A stretch of DNA of 64,000 nt from an uncultured Porticoccus sp. (GCA_963925605.1 CAWURY010000002.1:583-64582), one strand, 5' to 3'. Positions 10,696 through 22,024 are shown, numbered from the stretch's first letter. The notes: generated by a model from the letters alone, not told the origin. A program made the numbers and translations.

Positions 10696-10849
10696 GCAAC
10701 AACTTTGGCTAAGAATAGTTTCAGTAATAATACTACTGTTGGCTATCTTGGGTAAAATACAATAGCTGTTCATGATCAATCTACCTAATCATGAAACTAG
10801 CAATAGCGATCATCAATACAAATATTAATGACTAAAAAGTCCTGAAACT

Positions 10850-13102
10850 TTAGGTTTTTTTAAGCGCTTGCTCCATATAATTTCTGACAGATTGAGAATC
10901 TGACATTAAGGATGCCTCTTTAAGCAACTGCTTCGCCTCCGCTAAGCTCACTTGACATAACATAGCTTTCACTTTCAATAGACTGGTGGCACTCATGGAA
11001 AGCACGCTGAAACCTATGGCCATCAACAATACAGCCCCAACTGGATCACCTGCCATCTCGCCACAAACACTGACGGGAGTGCATTCATCTTTTGCTCCGC
11101 TGGCAATAGCTCTAAGCGCCATCAAGACAGCGGGGTGACAAAAATCATACAGGCCGGCAACTCTTAAATTATTTCGATCAACTGCTAATAGATATTGAGT
11201 TAGATCATTAGTACCAACAGAGAGAAAATCAACTTTACGAGCAAACTCATGAATCTGGTAAACTGCTGCCGGCACCTCAATCATTATGCCTACATGGGGT
11301 CTTTGAATCTCATATCCCTCCTCTTGTGTAAGCTCGTTATAAACTTGATTAATTAGCACTAAAGAACTATCTAATTCAGGCATGCTGGCTATCATGGGCA
11401 ACAATATTCTGAGATTGTTGAGCCCCAAGCTAGCCTTCATCATAGCCCTAAGTTGCACCAAAAAAATTTCTGGGTGATCAAGACAAACCCTAATGCCTCG
11501 CCAACCAAGAAATGGATTCTCCTCTTCAATGGGAAAATAAGACAAATCCTTATCCCCCCCAATATCTAAAGTTCTCATAGTGACCGGCCTGGGGGAGAAC
11601 ATCTCTAATTGCTCACGATAAAATTTGCGCTGTTCTTCTTCAGATGGAAAGCGATCAAGCATCAGGAATGGGATTTCACTTCGATAAAGCCCTACACCCT
11701 CAGCGCCCCGGTCGAGCGACAACATTGAATCAATTCGCAAGCCGGTATTTACCCATAAAGAAATTTTATGCCCATCAGAGGTTTCGCAGGGTTGGTCGGA
11801 AAATTTTTCAAGATCGGCTGCTAACAGTTTTTCTTCAAGGATTTGGTTCTCATAGGTTTTACGCAATGAAGTATTTGGGCAAACAATAACACGCCCACTG
11901 TGCCCATCAACTATAACTTCTTCACCGTCCAAGCTACCCCAAGGCAGGCCGGCAACGCCCATAACTGTAGGAATACCAATAGCTCGACCAAGAATTGCCA
12001 AATGCGAATTACGGGAGCCTGTAACAGAGGCGATGGCAACAATTTTTTCTAGCGGTACACTAGCAAAAGAAGCAGCTGACAGCTCTTCACCTACGAGTAC
12101 AATTTTATCCGGAAATACTGTACGCTTAGTTTCGGTTTCCTGAAGATAACTTAGCACCCTTCTCCCCAAATCTTCTAGATCAGAGGCCCTCTCACGCAAG
12201 TACGAATCGGTCATACTTTTAAACATATTAATGTGACTTAATATGACCTGAGCCCATGCACTTTGTGCGCTAAGACCATCTTCGTTAATAAGTACAATGA
12301 CTTCTCCACCCAAAGCCTGATCATCTAGCATACATACATAGACATCGAATAAGGCTCGTTCTTGATCGCTTAGTATTCCCACCATACTTTTATCCAGGGC
12401 GCGCATATCACTTTTAACCAGACTCATCGCCTTTCGAAATAAAATAAGTTCTGCGCCAATATCTACTGCTTGCTTTGAAGGAATCGCTTTTAAGTCAGTG
12501 CGGGAATGCATTGTTATAGCATTGCCTATAGCAATTCCTGGGGCGCTTGCTACGCCAGAATAAATACGCTCACTAGTGGATGCATCTTGAGGATGAAGCG
12601 CCCGATTCAGCTCACCTGTAGCATTAGCATGAGCAATAATTCCAGACAGTTGGGCGGCAATTGTCACAAGAAAAGACTCTTCGCTCTCATCATAGCGACG
12701 AATCTGCTCATCCTGCACGACCAGCACACCGAGAACTGTTCGCTGGTGGATAATTGGTGAGCCTAAAAAGGAGTGAAATAGCTGTTCGTCTGTTTCAGGG
12801 AGAAAGGCAAACCTAGGATGCGCGGAAGCTTCTTCAAGATTAATTGGCTCTGCGCGTGAAGCTACCAAACCGATAAGTCCTTCACCAGAAGGCAAGCAAA
12901 CCGAACCAACAGCGTCTGGATTAAGACCATCACTTGCCATAAGGACATGGCTGTCGTTCTTATGATTATAGAGATACACAGAGCACACTGATGTCTCCAT
13001 AGTATTTTTAACTTGACGTACAATGACATTGAGAACTTCATCAAAGTTTTTGGCTGAATTAGCTTCTTGTACAATTTTTCGTAGTGATTCAAGCACAAGC
13101 AT
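10850..13102 (-). CDS. ptsP: PTS(Ntr) enzyme I with GAF domain
   Basis: N-terminal GAF domain, NSHLAIL phospho-His, GVGLYRSE, RTLDIGGDK, SVGTNDL, CGEMAG; downstream of rppH. Confidence 0.95.
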   Translation of the reverse strand: MLVLESLRKIVQEANSAKNFDEVLNVIVRQVKNTMETSVCSVYLYNHKNDSHVLMASDGLNPDAVGSVCLPSGEGLIGLVASRAEPINLEEASAHPRFAFLPETDEQLFHSFLGSPIIHQRTVLGVLVVQDEQIRRYDESEESFLVTIAAQLSGIIAHANATGELNRALHPQDASTSERIYSGVASAPGIAIGNAITMHSRTDLKAIPSKQAVDIGAELILFRKAMSLVKSDMRALDKSMVGILSDQERALFDVYVCMLDDQALGGEVIVLINEDGLSAQSAWAQVILSHINMFKSMTDSYLRERASDLEDLGRRVLSYLQETETKRTVFPDKIVLVGEELSAASFASVPLEKIVAIASVTGSRNSHLAILGRAIGIPTVMGVAGLPWGSLDGEEVIVDGHSGRVIVCPNTSLRKTYENQILEEKLLAADLEKFSDQPCETSDGHKISLWVNTGLRIDSMLSLDRGAEGVGLYRSEIPFLMLDRFPSEEEQRKFYREQLEMFSPRPVTMRTLDIGGDKDLSYFPIEEENPFLGWRGIRVCLDHPEIFLVQLRAMMKASLGLNNLRILLPMIASMPELDSSLVLINQVYNELTQEEGYEIQRPHVGIMIEVPAAVYQIHEFARKVDFLSVGTNDLTQYLLAVDRNNLRVAGLYDFCHPAVLMALRAIASGAKDECTPVSVCGEMAGDPVGAVLLMAIGFSVLSMSATSLLKVKAMLCQVSLAEAKQLLKEASLMSDSQSVRNYMEQALKKT

Positions 13103-13104
13103 GT

Positions 13105-13617
13105 TTACTTTATCCTTCTCGGGTAAGATTTAACCATTTTTTCAAGATTGCACTGTAATGGTGAAAACTCTTTCAACACTTGACGATAAACATTTCTTTT
13201 AAACTCGACAATTTGATTAATAGGGTACCAGTAATTTACCCAAGCCCACCTATCGAATTCAGGCTGTGAGGTCTGGTCTAAAGATATCTTGTTTTCGTTG
13301 CTTAAAAGCTTAAGCAGAAACCATTTTTGTTTTTGTCCAACAAAATAGGGGTTTGAATTCTTTCGCTGCATGCTCTGAGGCAGACGATAGCGGAGCCATT
13401 GTTGAGTGCAAGCAAGAATATCGACATCCTGAGCCTCAAGGCCAACTTCTTCAAAAAGCTCGCGATAAAGTGCAGTCTCTAGAGGCTCTTCAGCATCAAT
13501 ACCGCCCTGAGGAAACTGCCAAGCTTCCTGGCCAATACGCTTAGCCCAAAGCAACCTGCCCATATCATCAGAAATTATAATGCCAACATTTGGGCGAAAT
13601 CCGTCTTGATCAATCAC
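13105..13617 (-). CDS. rppH: RNA pyrophosphohydrolase
   Basis: GTG start [28 protein letters not shown] Nudix box, GQKQKWF. Confidence 0.95.
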   Translation of the reverse strand: MIDQDGFRPNVGIIISDDMGRLLWAKRIGQEAWQFPQGGIDAEEPLETALYRELFEEVGLEAQDVDILACTQQWLRYRLPQSMQRKNSNPYFVGQKQKWFLLKLLSNENKISLDQTSQPEFDRWAWVNYWYPINQIVEFKRNVYRQVLKEFSPLQCNLEKMVKSYPRRIK

Positions 13618-13735
13618 AATAATATTCTCAACCAAAAATCTATTAAACATCTCTATAGCTAAACATAATTTACATGAAATACCCTATTGAGGACAGTTCT
13701 ATCTCTCGTTAAGCTATACTGTTCAGACCAACTTC

Positions 13736-14404
13736 ATGGATTCCATCATGCCCTTAGCCTTGTTTGACCTAGACAACACTCTTATTGCCGGTGACAGCGA
13801 TTACAGCTGGGGGGAGTTCCTAACAACAAAAAAAATTGTAGATTCCGCTTACTTCAAAAACAAAAATGATCAATTTTATAGGGATTACCAAACTGGAAAA
13901 TTAGACATCTTGGCGTACTTAAAGTTCTCATTAGCACCATTATCTGGCCTATCTCGCTCCGAGCTCGATACTCTACATAAAGAATTTATGAAAAAAATTA
14001 TTGAACCTATGTGGCTTCCTAAAGCAGAAGAACTATTACAAGCACACCGAGACAAAAAAGATACACTAATGGTAATTACTTCAACAAATCGGTTTATTGT
14101 GACACCTATATGCAAAAAATTAGGTATTGAACATCTAATTGCCACTGAACTTGAAGAATTTGACAACAAATTTACCGGTCAAGTATCCGGAATACCGAGC
14201 TTCCAAGAAGGTAAAGTTAAGCGCCTCAATAAATGGCTCAATACATCGAATTTTAAGCTTAAAGAGAGCAGTTTCTATAGTGATTCTATTAATGATTTGC
14301 CTCTACTAGAGATTGTAGGTCATCCTGTAGCAGTAGATCCTTGCCCCAAGCTAAAAAAAGAAGCCGCTCGTCGTGGCTGGAAAACTATCAGTTTACGAGA
14401 TTGA
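13736..14404 (+). CDS. HAD-IB family phosphatase (histidinol-phosphatase-like)
   Basis: FDLDNTLIAGDSD motif I and YSDSINDLPLL motif IV; divergent from rppH as in Pseudomonas. Confidence 0.85.
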   Translation: MDSIMPLALFDLDNTLIAGDSDYSWGEFLTTKKIVDSAYFKNKNDQFYRDYQTGKLDILAYLKFSLAPLSGLSRSELDTLHKEFMKKIIEPMWLPKAEELLQAHRDKKDTLMVITSTNRFIVTPICKKLGIEHLIATELEEFDNKFTGQVSGIPSFQEGKVKRLNKWLNTSNFKLKESSFYSDSINDLPLLEIVGHPVAVDPCPKLKKEAARRGWKTISLRD

Positions 14405-14458
14405 TTTTGAACTCAAGCCTAAAAATTACAGGGCAAGCAATTAAGAGCATCTTATATC

Positions 14459-15541
14459 GTGACTAACTATCCTGTTCATGATCCTAAAACAGAAGATTCA
14501 TGTTTTAGCTTGCTGCTAAATAAAGCCAAAAAAGTGCCTGGCTCTCGACTAATTATTGCCGACGAGAATGTAAGGGGCTCCAATTTACAATTTGTGTCTT
14601 GCAGCCAAACAACTGTTATAACCAATCGCTATGACATTTTCGAGCAAGCGAAATTTCTAAAAATTAACATTTTTTTCAATGATTTTGATTTTTCAGATTT
14701 TCCTGACAATAGCTTTAGCCAAGTGTTGTTTCGTGTATCCAAAGAAAAAGTCTTAACTCACCACATTATTAAAAGTGCCTATCGATTGCTTAGGGATAGT
14801 GGCGAACTGTTAATGAGCGGAGAGAAAGGCGATGGCATTAAGACTTATGGCGAAAAAGCAGCACAATATTTTGGGACGCCAACACAAATAAAAAAAAATG
14901 GTATGGTTTATTTGTCAACCACTCAACGACTAGAGACCAAAGAAAATCAACTCGCAAGGCATACAATTGAAGACAAGAGCTACGCCGATCTGACACAATG
15001 TATTCCTTTCGCTGACCAAATGCTAGCCAGCAAGCCAGGGTTGTTTGGATGGAGTAAAATAGATGAGGGTAGCACTTTTTTAGGCGATTTTTTCCCAGAA
15101 TTTCTAAGTTGTTTCAACAAAGAACCTGTCAATATTTTGGATCTTGGTTGCGGCTATGGCTACCTTTCAATAAGAGCTAGCCAGCACACTAAGGCGCAAA
15201 TTGTCGCCACCGATAATAATGCTGCTGCGATAATAGCCTGTTCAAAAAATTTTTCTACACTAGAAATTAATGGAGAGGTGGTGGCTAGTAATTGCGCCGA
15301 CAACATTAATCAATTATTTGATGCAATAATATGTAATCCGCCATTCCATAAAGGCTTTACAACTGACAGCGGGCTTACTCGACAATTTGTTGCTAGCAGC
15401 TACAGACATCTAAAGCCAAAAGGAATGGCTCTATTCGTCGTTAATCGATTTGTTCCACTAGAAAATTATGTTGAAAAAAATTTCAAAGTCAGGCTAGTGG
15501 CTGAAACCACAAGTTTCAAATTGCTGCTACTTGTAAAATAA
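14459..15541 (+). CDS. Class I SAM methyltransferase, RsmC/RlmG-like (MTS domain)
   Basis: PGLFGWSKIDEGS, LDLGCGYG, NPPFH. Confidence 0.8.
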   Translation: MTNYPVHDPKTEDSCFSLLLNKAKKVPGSRLIIADENVRGSNLQFVSCSQTTVITNRYDIFEQAKFLKINIFFNDFDFSDFPDNSFSQVLFRVSKEKVLTHHIIKSAYRLLRDSGELLMSGEKGDGIKTYGEKAAQYFGTPTQIKKNGMVYLSTTQRLETKENQLARHTIEDKSYADLTQCIPFADQMLASKPGLFGWSKIDEGSTFLGDFFPEFLSCFNKEPVNILDLGCGYGYLSIRASQHTKAQIVATDNNAAAIIACSKNFSTLEINGEVVASNCADNINQLFDAIICNPPFHKGFTTDSGLTRQFVASSYRHLKPKGMALFVVNRFVPLENYVEKNFKVRLVAETTSFKLLLLVK

Positions 15542-15624
15542 CGGCGCTAATCGTATAACAAGCTTATTGCTAATTTCTTTGTGTTCTCAAAAAATTTTAA
15601 GTTCATAGCGCCGCACAATATGGT

Positions 15625-16050
15625 CTATTTTTGAATAATTTCTGTGCGAACTAAAATCAAGAGTTGGTTTAAATTTTTCTGTATCAGTTTGTTATCAACT
15701 GCTAGCGGCAATCCCTTCGAGGCTAATTGCTCTGCGAGGGAAAACCGCCCTAAAGAAAAATAATTTGATGCCATGATAAGATAAATTTCAGCTTCTGAAT
15801 GATTAATACGCATTGCTCTTTCTGCTACGGTATTAGATCGATCATACTGTCTTTCACGATTATATTGCCAAGCATCTTTCAGCAACGTGATCACCGCATC
15901 CTTTAATGCAAGATCTTTGATGGGATTATTTGGAGTAATGGCCTGATCTGGTGAGGGAAGCCTACCTCCCGGCGACGTGACTGGCGTGCACGCCGCTACC
16001 AAAAAAAAGCCAAAAATGAAAATAACTGCATATTGCAATCCAACCTTCAT
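15625..16050 (-). CDS. TPR lipoprotein, LpoP-like PBP1b partner
   Basis: Lipobox LVAAC and TPR-like helices (AERAMRI..AEIYL..AEQLA); immediately downstream of mrcB. Confidence 0.7.
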   Translation of the reverse strand: MKVGLQYAVIFIFGFFLVAACTPVTSPGGRLPSPDQAITPNNPIKDLALKDAVITLLKDAWQYNRERQYDRSNTVAERAMRINHSEAEIYLIMASNYFSLGRFSLAEQLASKGLPLAVDNKLIQKNLNQLLILVRTEIIQK

Positions 16051-16083
16051 ATTCTTACCATCCAGTAGTCAACAGAGAAGGTC

Positions 16084-18399
16084 TTACCAATCGAAGTTTC
16101 GACTAAACCAATCTAAAATACCTGTATCATTTTTCGACGCACAGCTTTCTCTTTTATCTGGCTCGCTGCCAACAATGAATGGTAAGTATCTTGGCTCATG
16201 GCAGCCATTCTGGCTCGAGCTGACCCAGTAATAATTTACACCATCAGGTTTTTGAAAAATCAAAGATCGATTTTCGAGCTCAGTCATGATATCTATCCAG
16301 AGTCTTAATGCGCCAGAGCCTCCGGTAAGAGGAGTTTTTCCATTGTCATCCCGACCCACCCACACCACACTTAAATAATTACCACTAAACCCAGCAAACC
16401 AGCTATCTCTCTGATCATTAGTAGTGCCAGTTTTTCCGGCTAATAACAGATCTTCTGGCAATCGCTGGTAGGCACTTTTTCCGGTGCCTTCTCGTAAAAC
16501 TACTTGAAGTCCATAATTAATGAGGTGCATAACTCTGGCGTCAAATCGCTGCTCAGCCTCAAAAGGATACCTCTTCAGTGGAATATTTTCAGCAGTAAAC
16601 ACACTGCTAATTGCACGAAGTGGCGAGTAAAAACCGTTTGCTGCAATCGTATGGTATATCTGCGCCAGCTCTATTGGTGACATTTCAATTGACCCCAACA
16701 GCAAAGAAGGGTGTCTCCGTAATGGTCTCAAATATCCCAGTCTTTTAATACTATCTATGACTGCAGGCAAACCAATATCCATACCAAGTCTAGCTGTAGC
16801 TTGATTGTAAGAATACCCCAATCCTTTATACAAAGGGATCAAGCCATGGCTTTTCCGTCCAAAATTACGTGGCTGCCAAATATCGCCATTTTCTGTATTC
16901 ACAGAAATTGAGCTATCTTCGATCTTACTGTTTAAGGTATAAGATTCAGGATGCTCTAAGGCTGCCAAGTAAACTGCGGGCTTAATAGTTGACCCCACCG
17001 GACGTATTGCATCCAAAGCACGATTAAAACCATCAAAGCCTGGCTTCCTGTCTCCCGCAATAGCTACCACTTCCCCGGAGCCTACACGCACAATCACAGA
17101 AGCACTTTGCAGCTTTCCTGCTTCAATACCATAACCTGATTCTAGGTTTTCAATCCGTTTTGCTATTCTGTCTTCAATTTTACGCTGGATCTGAGGATCA
17201 AAATTGGTAAATATTCGAAGTCCTGTTGTCTGTAAGTCTGATTGTTTATAGGTCTGACGCAACTGACGCTTTACTAGAGTTAGGTAAGCCGGATACTTCA
17301 TGCGACCCCGATCAGACACAGGGGAGACAATTGTCAGTGGTTTTGTTTTAGCTATCGCTGCATCAACTTTGCTTATAACGCCTGTCAAACTCATTACATC
17401 GAGAACTAGGTTTCGTCTGCTTAAAGCACGCTTAGGATGACGCCAAGGATTATAAAATGATGCCCCCTTAACAAGCCCAGCAAGCAAGGCTGTCTGGTGT
17501 AGCTGCAGTTCTTTAACTGGCTGATTAAAATAATGGCTGCTTGCCATTTCGAAGCCATGAATAGCCCTGTCTCCAGACTGGCCCAAATATACTTCATTAA
17601 TATAAGTCTCAAGAATTTCTTGCTTAGTGAAATGGATTTCTAGCAATACCGCCATTATTGTTTCTAGTGCTTTTCGAGAAAACGTTCGTTTTTCATTAAG
17701 GTAAAAATTTTTAACCAGCTGCTGTGTAATAGTGCTTCCACCTTGGACGATTTTTCCCTCTTTTATATTGGCAAGAAAAGCGCGCGTTATTCCTTTAAAA
17801 GAAACTCCTTGGTGTTGATAAAAATTTTGGTCCTCTATTGCAACTAATGCTGCTACCAATGCCTGAGGCACTTTATCAAGCTTTACTAGTTGACGATCTT
17901 CTTTGCGGGATGGGTAAATACCCCCTATGATCATGGGCTCTAATCTGGTTATCGTTATAACTCCCCCATGACTATCTTTTAGCCCAGATATCTTCTCTTC
18001 AGAAAATATAGCCGTCATTAATTTGGGGGCCTCCCTTTTATCCCAAAACTCAAAGCCGCGAGAGAAAAATTCCACAGACTGTTCGGATACACTAAACTGA
18101 CCCGGGGCTTTCGCTGCGTTGACTTTCTTATAACCTAACCCTTCTAGCTCCCACTCAAGTAGCTTTCGACTCAAAGACAGCCCCTGATACAACTCTAAAG
18201 GTCGGCTGTATACATGGGATGGCAGTGACCACTTTTTACCGGAAAACTTTTTATAAACGAACACGTCCACTACTATTAAAAATATAGCAGTGGCTACAAA
18301 AGTAAAAATAATTATTTGCCAAATCCAAGCCAGGCGAGGATTATCTTTATTCTTTTTGTTACTTTTTCTTCGGTCTTTCTTTGTTATTCTTTGAACCAA
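16084..18399 (-). CDS. mrcB: Penicillin-binding protein 1B
   Basis: UB2H region, EDQNFYQHQG, GGSTITQQLVKN, SxxK (GSTIKP), SYN, KTGT. Confidence 0.95.
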   Translation of the reverse strand: MVQRITKKDRRKSNKKNKDNPRLAWIWQIIIFTFVATAIFLIVVDVFVYKKFSGKKWSLPSHVYSRPLELYQGLSLSRKLLEWELEGLGYKKVNAAKAPGQFSVSEQSVEFFSRGFEFWDKREAPKLMTAIFSEEKISGLKDSHGGVITITRLEPMIIGGIYPSRKEDRQLVKLDKVPQALVAALVAIEDQNFYQHQGVSFKGITRAFLANIKEGKIVQGGSTITQQLVKNFYLNEKRTFSRKALETIMAVLLEIHFTKQEILETYINEVYLGQSGDRAIHGFEMASSHYFNQPVKELQLHQTALLAGLVKGASFYNPWRHPKRALSRRNLVLDVMSLTGVISKVDAAIAKTKPLTIVSPVSDRGRMKYPAYLTLVKRQLRQTYKQSDLQTTGLRIFTNFDPQIQRKIEDRIAKRIENLESGYGIEAGKLQSASVIVRVGSGEVVAIAGDRKPGFDGFNRALDAIRPVGSTIKPAVYLAALEHPESYTLNSKIEDSSISVNTENGDIWQPRNFGRKSHGLIPLYKGLGYSYNQATARLGMDIGLPAVIDSIKRLGYLRPLRRHPSLLLGSIEMSPIELAQIYHTIAANGFYSPLRAISSVFTAENIPLKRYPFEAEQRFDARVMHLINYGLQVVLREGTGKSAYQRLPEDLLLAGKTGTTNDQRDSWFAGFSGNYLSVVWVGRDDNGKTPLTGGSGALRLWIDIMTELENRSLIFQKPDGVNYYWVSSSQNGCHEPRYLPFIVGSEPDKRESCASKNDTGILDWFSRNFDW

Positions 18400-18572
18400 A
18401 GATCTTCCTCTGCGCTGAAAAATATACTGTCCAAAAATTCCGACTAATCAGAAAATGGGCATCAAAGACTGCCGCTTTAGAAACAGCAGGCCTTTACTTG
18501 CAATTAGGGCTTTCACTATTAACCTGCAAGACAGATAATGCTATTCCATTCTACAACAAATATTCTAGATAT

Positions 18573-19565
18573 ATGTCCAAATACAATGTTTGTGGCATCG
18601 GCGCAGCGCTGGTGGACACTGAAATACAAGTCACCGATTCAGACTTAAAGTATCTAGAAATAGGAAAAGGCTTAATGACTCTTGTAGATGAAGATCGTCA
18701 GCGAGAGATTATACATCATTTGCAAAACCAACTGTCCACCTCTAGGCGTGCTAGTGGCGGGTCAGCGGCTAACACCGTCATTGCGCTCAGCGCTTTTGGC
18801 GGAAAAGCCTTTTATTCCTGCAGGGTAGCTAATGATGGGGATGGAGAATTTTATCTTCGTGATTTAGAAAATGCCGGGGTTAAATTTGACCCCAATAGCG
18901 CCCTAACGGAAGGTCTTACAGGGAAATGCTTGGTCTTGATTACCCCGGATGCTGAGCGATCCATGAATACATATCTCGGTGTAAGTGCAACTTTCTCAAT
19001 TGAGGATCTTGATGCAGAAGCAATTAGCCAGTCCGAATACTTGTATATTGAGGGCTATCTCGTCTCATCAGATACCGGGCGTAAAGCAGCCGTTCGAGCT
19101 CGAGAAATTGCAGAAAAATGTGGTATCAAAACTGCGCTTACCTTATCAGATCCAGCAATGATAACTTTTTTTAGATCTGGACTGAAAGAAATGCTCGGCA
19201 AAAAAATAGATCTTCTCTTTTGCAATGAAGCGGAGGCCATCAGCTGGACAGAAAGCAACGACTTAGAGAGCGCTTTAGAGCTGCTTAAGCAATCTGCAGT
19301 AGCTTATGTTTTGACCATGGGAAATAAAGGAGCAATCGTGTTCGATGGTGAAAATCAACACCTAATTGAGGCTCATCCCGCAATCGCTATCAATACAAAC
19401 GGAGCAGGGGATATATTCGCTGGTGCTTTTTTGTATGGCATTACGCATGGGTATGGCTACAAAAAATCTGGAAATTTTGCCGCCTTGGCAGCGGCACATG
19501 TAGTGGGCCAGCCTGGTCCCAGATTAAACCCAGAGCAGTATCCAAAAATATTAGCTTCGCTATAA
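18573..19565 (+). CDS. PfkB-family (adenosine/inosine-type) kinase
   Basis: GAALVD, SGGSAANT, ERSMNTYLG, NTNGAGDIFAG. The upstream ORF extension overlaps mrcB and was rejected. Confidence 0.88.
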   Translation: MSKYNVCGIGAALVDTEIQVTDSDLKYLEIGKGLMTLVDEDRQREIIHHLQNQLSTSRRASGGSAANTVIALSAFGGKAFYSCRVANDGDGEFYLRDLENAGVKFDPNSALTEGLTGKCLVLITPDAERSMNTYLGVSATFSIEDLDAEAISQSEYLYIEGYLVSSDTGRKAAVRAREIAEKCGIKTALTLSDPAMITFFRSGLKEMLGKKIDLLFCNEAEAISWTESNDLESALELLKQSAVAYVLTMGNKGAIVFDGENQHLIEAHPAIAINTNGAGDIFAGAFLYGITHGYGYKKSGNFAALAAAHVVGQPGPRLNPEQYPKILASL

Positions 19566-19630
19566 AAATCAAGGTCTTAATATCTAATTTTTGATCGAAA
19601 ACTATGAAAAATTAATATCAATTGTCATGC

Positions 19631-20164
19631 TTAGTGATGGTGTTTGTTATGAAAAACACTTTTTACCTTTGCATCAAAGGACAATTCTGAGCATCCATCA
19701 AAAATAAGAGTCACTTTATGCTGTTCGTCTTCATTTAGCTCGCGCTTTAATCCAAATAACATAAAATGATAGCCGCCAGGTTCAAAAGAAACCGTCTTTC
19801 CAGGCGCTAACTCTACCCCTTCAACAGGCCGCATAGACATAACGCCATTCTGATAAGAATTCATATGAATTTCGACTCTGTCAGCAATATCTGTAAATGC
19901 ACCTATTACTCGGCATGCTCTAGCTGTCAAATTTTGCAGTATCATAAATGCCGCTGTTACCTTTTGCCCGGGGGGCATCTTGCGAATATACCCATCGCTA
20001 ACTGTTATCTGACCGACTCCATCATAAACACTATAATCTCCATGTGAGTAAGCATGACGGTCACCCATATCGTCTTGTTTAGACGCATTTGCCGGCTGAA
20101 AAAATGCAGTTAATATTAATATTAAGAAGACATCTAAATATTTACCCAAAAGAAAAATTTTCAT
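19631..20164 (-). CDS. Periplasmic copper chaperone PCu(A)C
   Basis: Signal peptide, EIH..GVMSMR..PGGYHFML copper motif, His-rich C-terminus. Confidence 0.9.
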   Translation of the reverse strand: MKIFLLGKYLDVFLILILTAFFQPANASKQDDMGDRHAYSHGDYSVYDGVGQITVSDGYIRKMPPGQKVTAAFMILQNLTARACRVIGAFTDIADRVEIHMNSYQNGVMSMRPVEGVELAPGKTVSFEPGGYHFMLFGLKRELNEDEQHKVTLIFDGCSELSFDAKVKSVFHNKHHH

Positions 20165-20278
20165 TACTTTTTTAAATCTCCTAAAATACAAATTTCTCCA
20201 AAAAAAGAAGTAAACCATAACTGAGAATTGTAGAATATCCCACTAAGCTCTTTTTTTCCTGAGTCCGAACCAATTTTA

Positions 20279-22024
20279 ATGAGTGCTCAAATGGTAAAAA
20301 AAATTCTACACCCTTTGTTCTTTTGTCTGATGCTTGCAGCAAATGCCACGATCGCCAATTTTGAAGAAAATATCGCTGTTAGCGAGGCTAAATATAGTCA
20401 GCCTCCTGTCGTTGAAAACACTAATTTTTTGCCTGTAGAAGAAGCTTTTCAGCTCGCTGCAGTAGTTCAAGATGAACTGCTCATTCTAAGCTGGAATATA
20501 GCACCAGGCTACTATCTCTACCGAGATCGTTTTAATTTCTCTAGTTTAGACTATAGACCACTAAATATCAGGCCAAGTTACGAAACTGGGCGGTCCATTT
20601 ACGATGACTACTATAAGAAAAATCTGGAAGTGTATTATCATCAAACCAAAATCCTTATTCCCCTGAAAGATCTTCCGCAAAAAATTACCATTGAATCACA
20701 GGGATGCGCTGATGCTGGGCTCTGTTATCCGTCACGGCGCCAAACCATCTCTATAGACACCCATAAACCGATACCCCTGATTACAGAGACAGCTCAGCAA
20801 AATTTTTTAACTCGCAATGAGGTAGCCCAGGATCAGTTCCGTGCCTTGCCCATTATGTTAGCGTTAGCTTTTTTAGGCGGGCTAATTCTTAACCTTATGC
20901 CCTGTGTGTTTCCGATCCTTTCAATTAAGATAGTGAGTTTGTCCAGCCTAAGCGCCAATCCTAGTGGTAAATATTTACATGGCTTGGCTTACACCTCAGG
21001 CATCCTATTAAGCTTTATGGCTATTGGAGCGCTTTTGGTGATCTTACGTGGTGCAGGCGCAAGTATGGGTTGGGGATTTCAATTGCAATCCCCGGTTTTT
21101 ATTGGACTCTTAATCTATTTATTTGTACTTATAGGTCTCAATTTTTCCGGGTGGCTAACACTAGAGGGGGGGCCAGTGGGCTGGGGCCAAAAAACAACCG
21201 AGGGGGGCAATTGGACTTCTTCATTCATGACTGGGTTGCTTGCTACATTGGTCGCCAGTCCATGTACTGCGCCTTTTATGGGTACCGCCTTAGGTTTTGC
21301 GCTAACACAGCCGATCTGGATTGCGCTCAGCACCTTTATTTTTTTAGGTCTTGGCATGGCTTTCCCCATACTTCTTATCATCTGTCTGCCTAGCCTATCC
21401 AAAAAACTCCCCAAGCCTGGAGTATGGATGGATCGCTTTAAACAATTTCTAGCATTTCCGTTATATTTAACAGCCGTCTGGTTATTTTGGGTTCTTGGCA
21501 GGCAGACCAATAGCGACACGCTGTCTGCGGTGATGTGCGGTGTTGTTCTTATGTTGTTTTCAATTTGGCTTCTGAAAATTTATAGGACCAGAATAGTCGG
21601 CTTGGTGACAATATCGGCGCTTTTTCTCGCTTTTCTTTTGCTGTTTTGGGACAAGCAAGATACAAGCCCCCAAAATGATTTATGGAGGCCTTACTCAGCA
21701 GATACATTGAACATGCAACTTAAAAATAAAAATGCAGTTTTTGTTAGCTTGTCAGCAGACTGGTGTCTCACCTGCTTAGTTAACGAAAAATTAGTGCTAA
21801 ACTCAAAAAGTTTTTTAGCTAGCCTGAAATCTCAAGGCATTGTCTACATGAGGGGAGACTGGACTAACTATGATCCAGAAATCACCAAATTATTAAATAA
21901 TCAAAATCGGAGTGGCGTTCCTCTATATCTATTTTACCCTCCAGGAGAAACTATCCCTATAATTCTGCCTCAGATTTTAACTGTTAACAGCGTTATTGAT
22001 ATTTTTTCAACGAAGATGAGATAA
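20279..22024 (+). CDS. dsbD: Thiol:disulfide interchange protein DsbD/DipZ
   Basis: PGYYLY and QGCADAGLCYP (alpha domain), LMPCVFP and SPCTAPF (TM domain), ADWCLTC (thioredoxin domain). Confidence 0.9.
   Translation: MSAQMVKKILHPLFFCLMLAANATIANFEENIAVSEAKYSQPPVVENTNFLPVEEAFQLAAVVQDELLILSWNIAPGYYLYRDRFNFSSLDYRPLNIRPSYETGRSIYDDYYKKNLEVYYHQTKILIPLKDLPQKITIESQGCADAGLCYPSRRQTISIDTHKPIPLITETAQQNFLTRNEVAQDQFRALPIMLALAFLGGLILNLMPCVFPILSIKIVSLSSLSANPSGKYLHGLAYTSGILLSFMAIGALLVILRGAGASMGWGFQLQSPVFIGLLIYLFVLIGLNFSGWLTLEGGPVGWGQKTTEGGNWTSSFMTGLLATLVASPCTAPFMGTALGFALTQPIWIALSTFIFLGLGMAFPILLIICLPSLSKKLPKPGVWMDRFKQFLAFPLYLTAVWLFWVLGRQTNSDTLSAVMCGVVLMLFSIWLLKIYRTRIVGLVTISALFLAFLLLFWDKQDTSPQNDLWRPYSADTLNMQLKNKNAVFVSLSADWCLTCLVNEKLVLNSKSFLASLKSQGIVYMRGDWTNYDPEITKLLNNQNRSGVPLYLFYPPGETIPIILPQILTVNSVIDIFSTKMR

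Noticed and set aside
18381-18572. 64-aa N-terminal extension on the PfkB kinase
   Set aside because: It overlaps the divergent mrcB start and promoter region; family similarity begins at ATG 18573.
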